42,569 bases of DNA from Saprolegnia diclina VS20 (taxonomy: Eukaryota), in NCBI RefSeq assembly GCF_000281045.1, contig NW_008246109.1, forward strand, positions 263,491 through 306,059, given 5' to 3'. Positions 42,025-42,569 of the stretch are shown piece after piece. The position numbers were made by a program, and so were the translations under genes. Position 1 is the first letter of the stretch; every line of letters begins with the position of its first letter. The notes below the pieces were generated by a model. The model saw nothing but the letters and a program-made list of their open reading frames with translations. It searched no databases and was not told the origin of the DNA.

Positions 42025-42569
42025 GCTGCTGCTGCTGCTTGCCGCTTCCAAAGATCGCAACAGGCTCAGTCGCCGGTGAGGGCCGATCGTATCCGGAAAG
42101 GCCAGTCCCGCGAAACTCCCCAATACAAATGCGCCCTTCGCCCGCGACTTTTTCCGGATACGACAGCTTCTCTAGTTGGGTGCATTTAGCCACAGTGGGA
42201 TGCATGAGCTGGCAAGCGCCCATCGCGCAGCTGAAGCGAGGAACGGTCTCGTGGCAGTACTGTGTAGAAGGGTCATCACGCATCATTGACCCATGCTCAA
42301 GCCAAAGGCGCCATGGCGTTGCGGGCCTCGCGCGGCGAAAGGCGCGGCAGCTCGGTAGCCAACGCGACGCCTCGCCATAAGATCGCATCTGTCTGCGATG
42401 GCGGGCGAGGGCCTGGCTGTCGCTTCTTCCTGATAGCGTTCAGCACTTGCAAGTGCCATAGCCGTCGCAAGAAACACCGTAAAGAGAGAGGAAAGCACAA
42501 TTAGCAAGGGGTGTTACGGCTGCACAACTAGGCAGTTACAATTCCTTGGTGTTGCGGCGGCGAAACTCG

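Noticed and set aside
42283..42507. 74-aa ORF with signal-peptide-like start
   Set aside because: TTG start, short, at the window edge, no further support.

Overview
Gene-dense, GC-rich eukaryotic DNA with short (~40-60 nt) spliceosomal introns. Gene content and promoter signatures point to an oomycete, most likely Saprolegniales (Saprolegnia/Achlya-like); the taxon is inferred. In order, the window holds: the 3' end of an ABCG/PDR transporter, a small PX-like protein, eIF3b (with a 1-nt frameshift), mitochondrial inorganic pyrophosphatase, a CFAP52-like WD40 protein, four B12D/NDUFA4-family genes in two head-to-head pairs flanking a TSNAXIP1-like EF-hand gene, a TPR protein, OFD1, a stand-alone cyclic-nucleotide PDE, myosin I, EF-hand-TMEM65, two HSF-domain proteins around pyruvate carboxylase, a 341-nt gap, DeSI/PPPDE peptidase, a SAM/Zn-finger protein, an SLC35/TPT transporter and a divergent Tousled-like kinase. 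The most striking structure is the B12D/NDUFA4 palindrome. Its 356-bp arms have 3 mismatches and run exactly from the Inr core promoter to the penultimate codon. They surround a 255-bp spacer that keeps mirror-symmetric motifs (ATTGACACG, TATCCGGATG). A CCGGATA/TATCCGG motif recurs just upstream of many genes in the window. Exon boundaries were read by eye, and homology calls come from recalled family motifs, not database searches.
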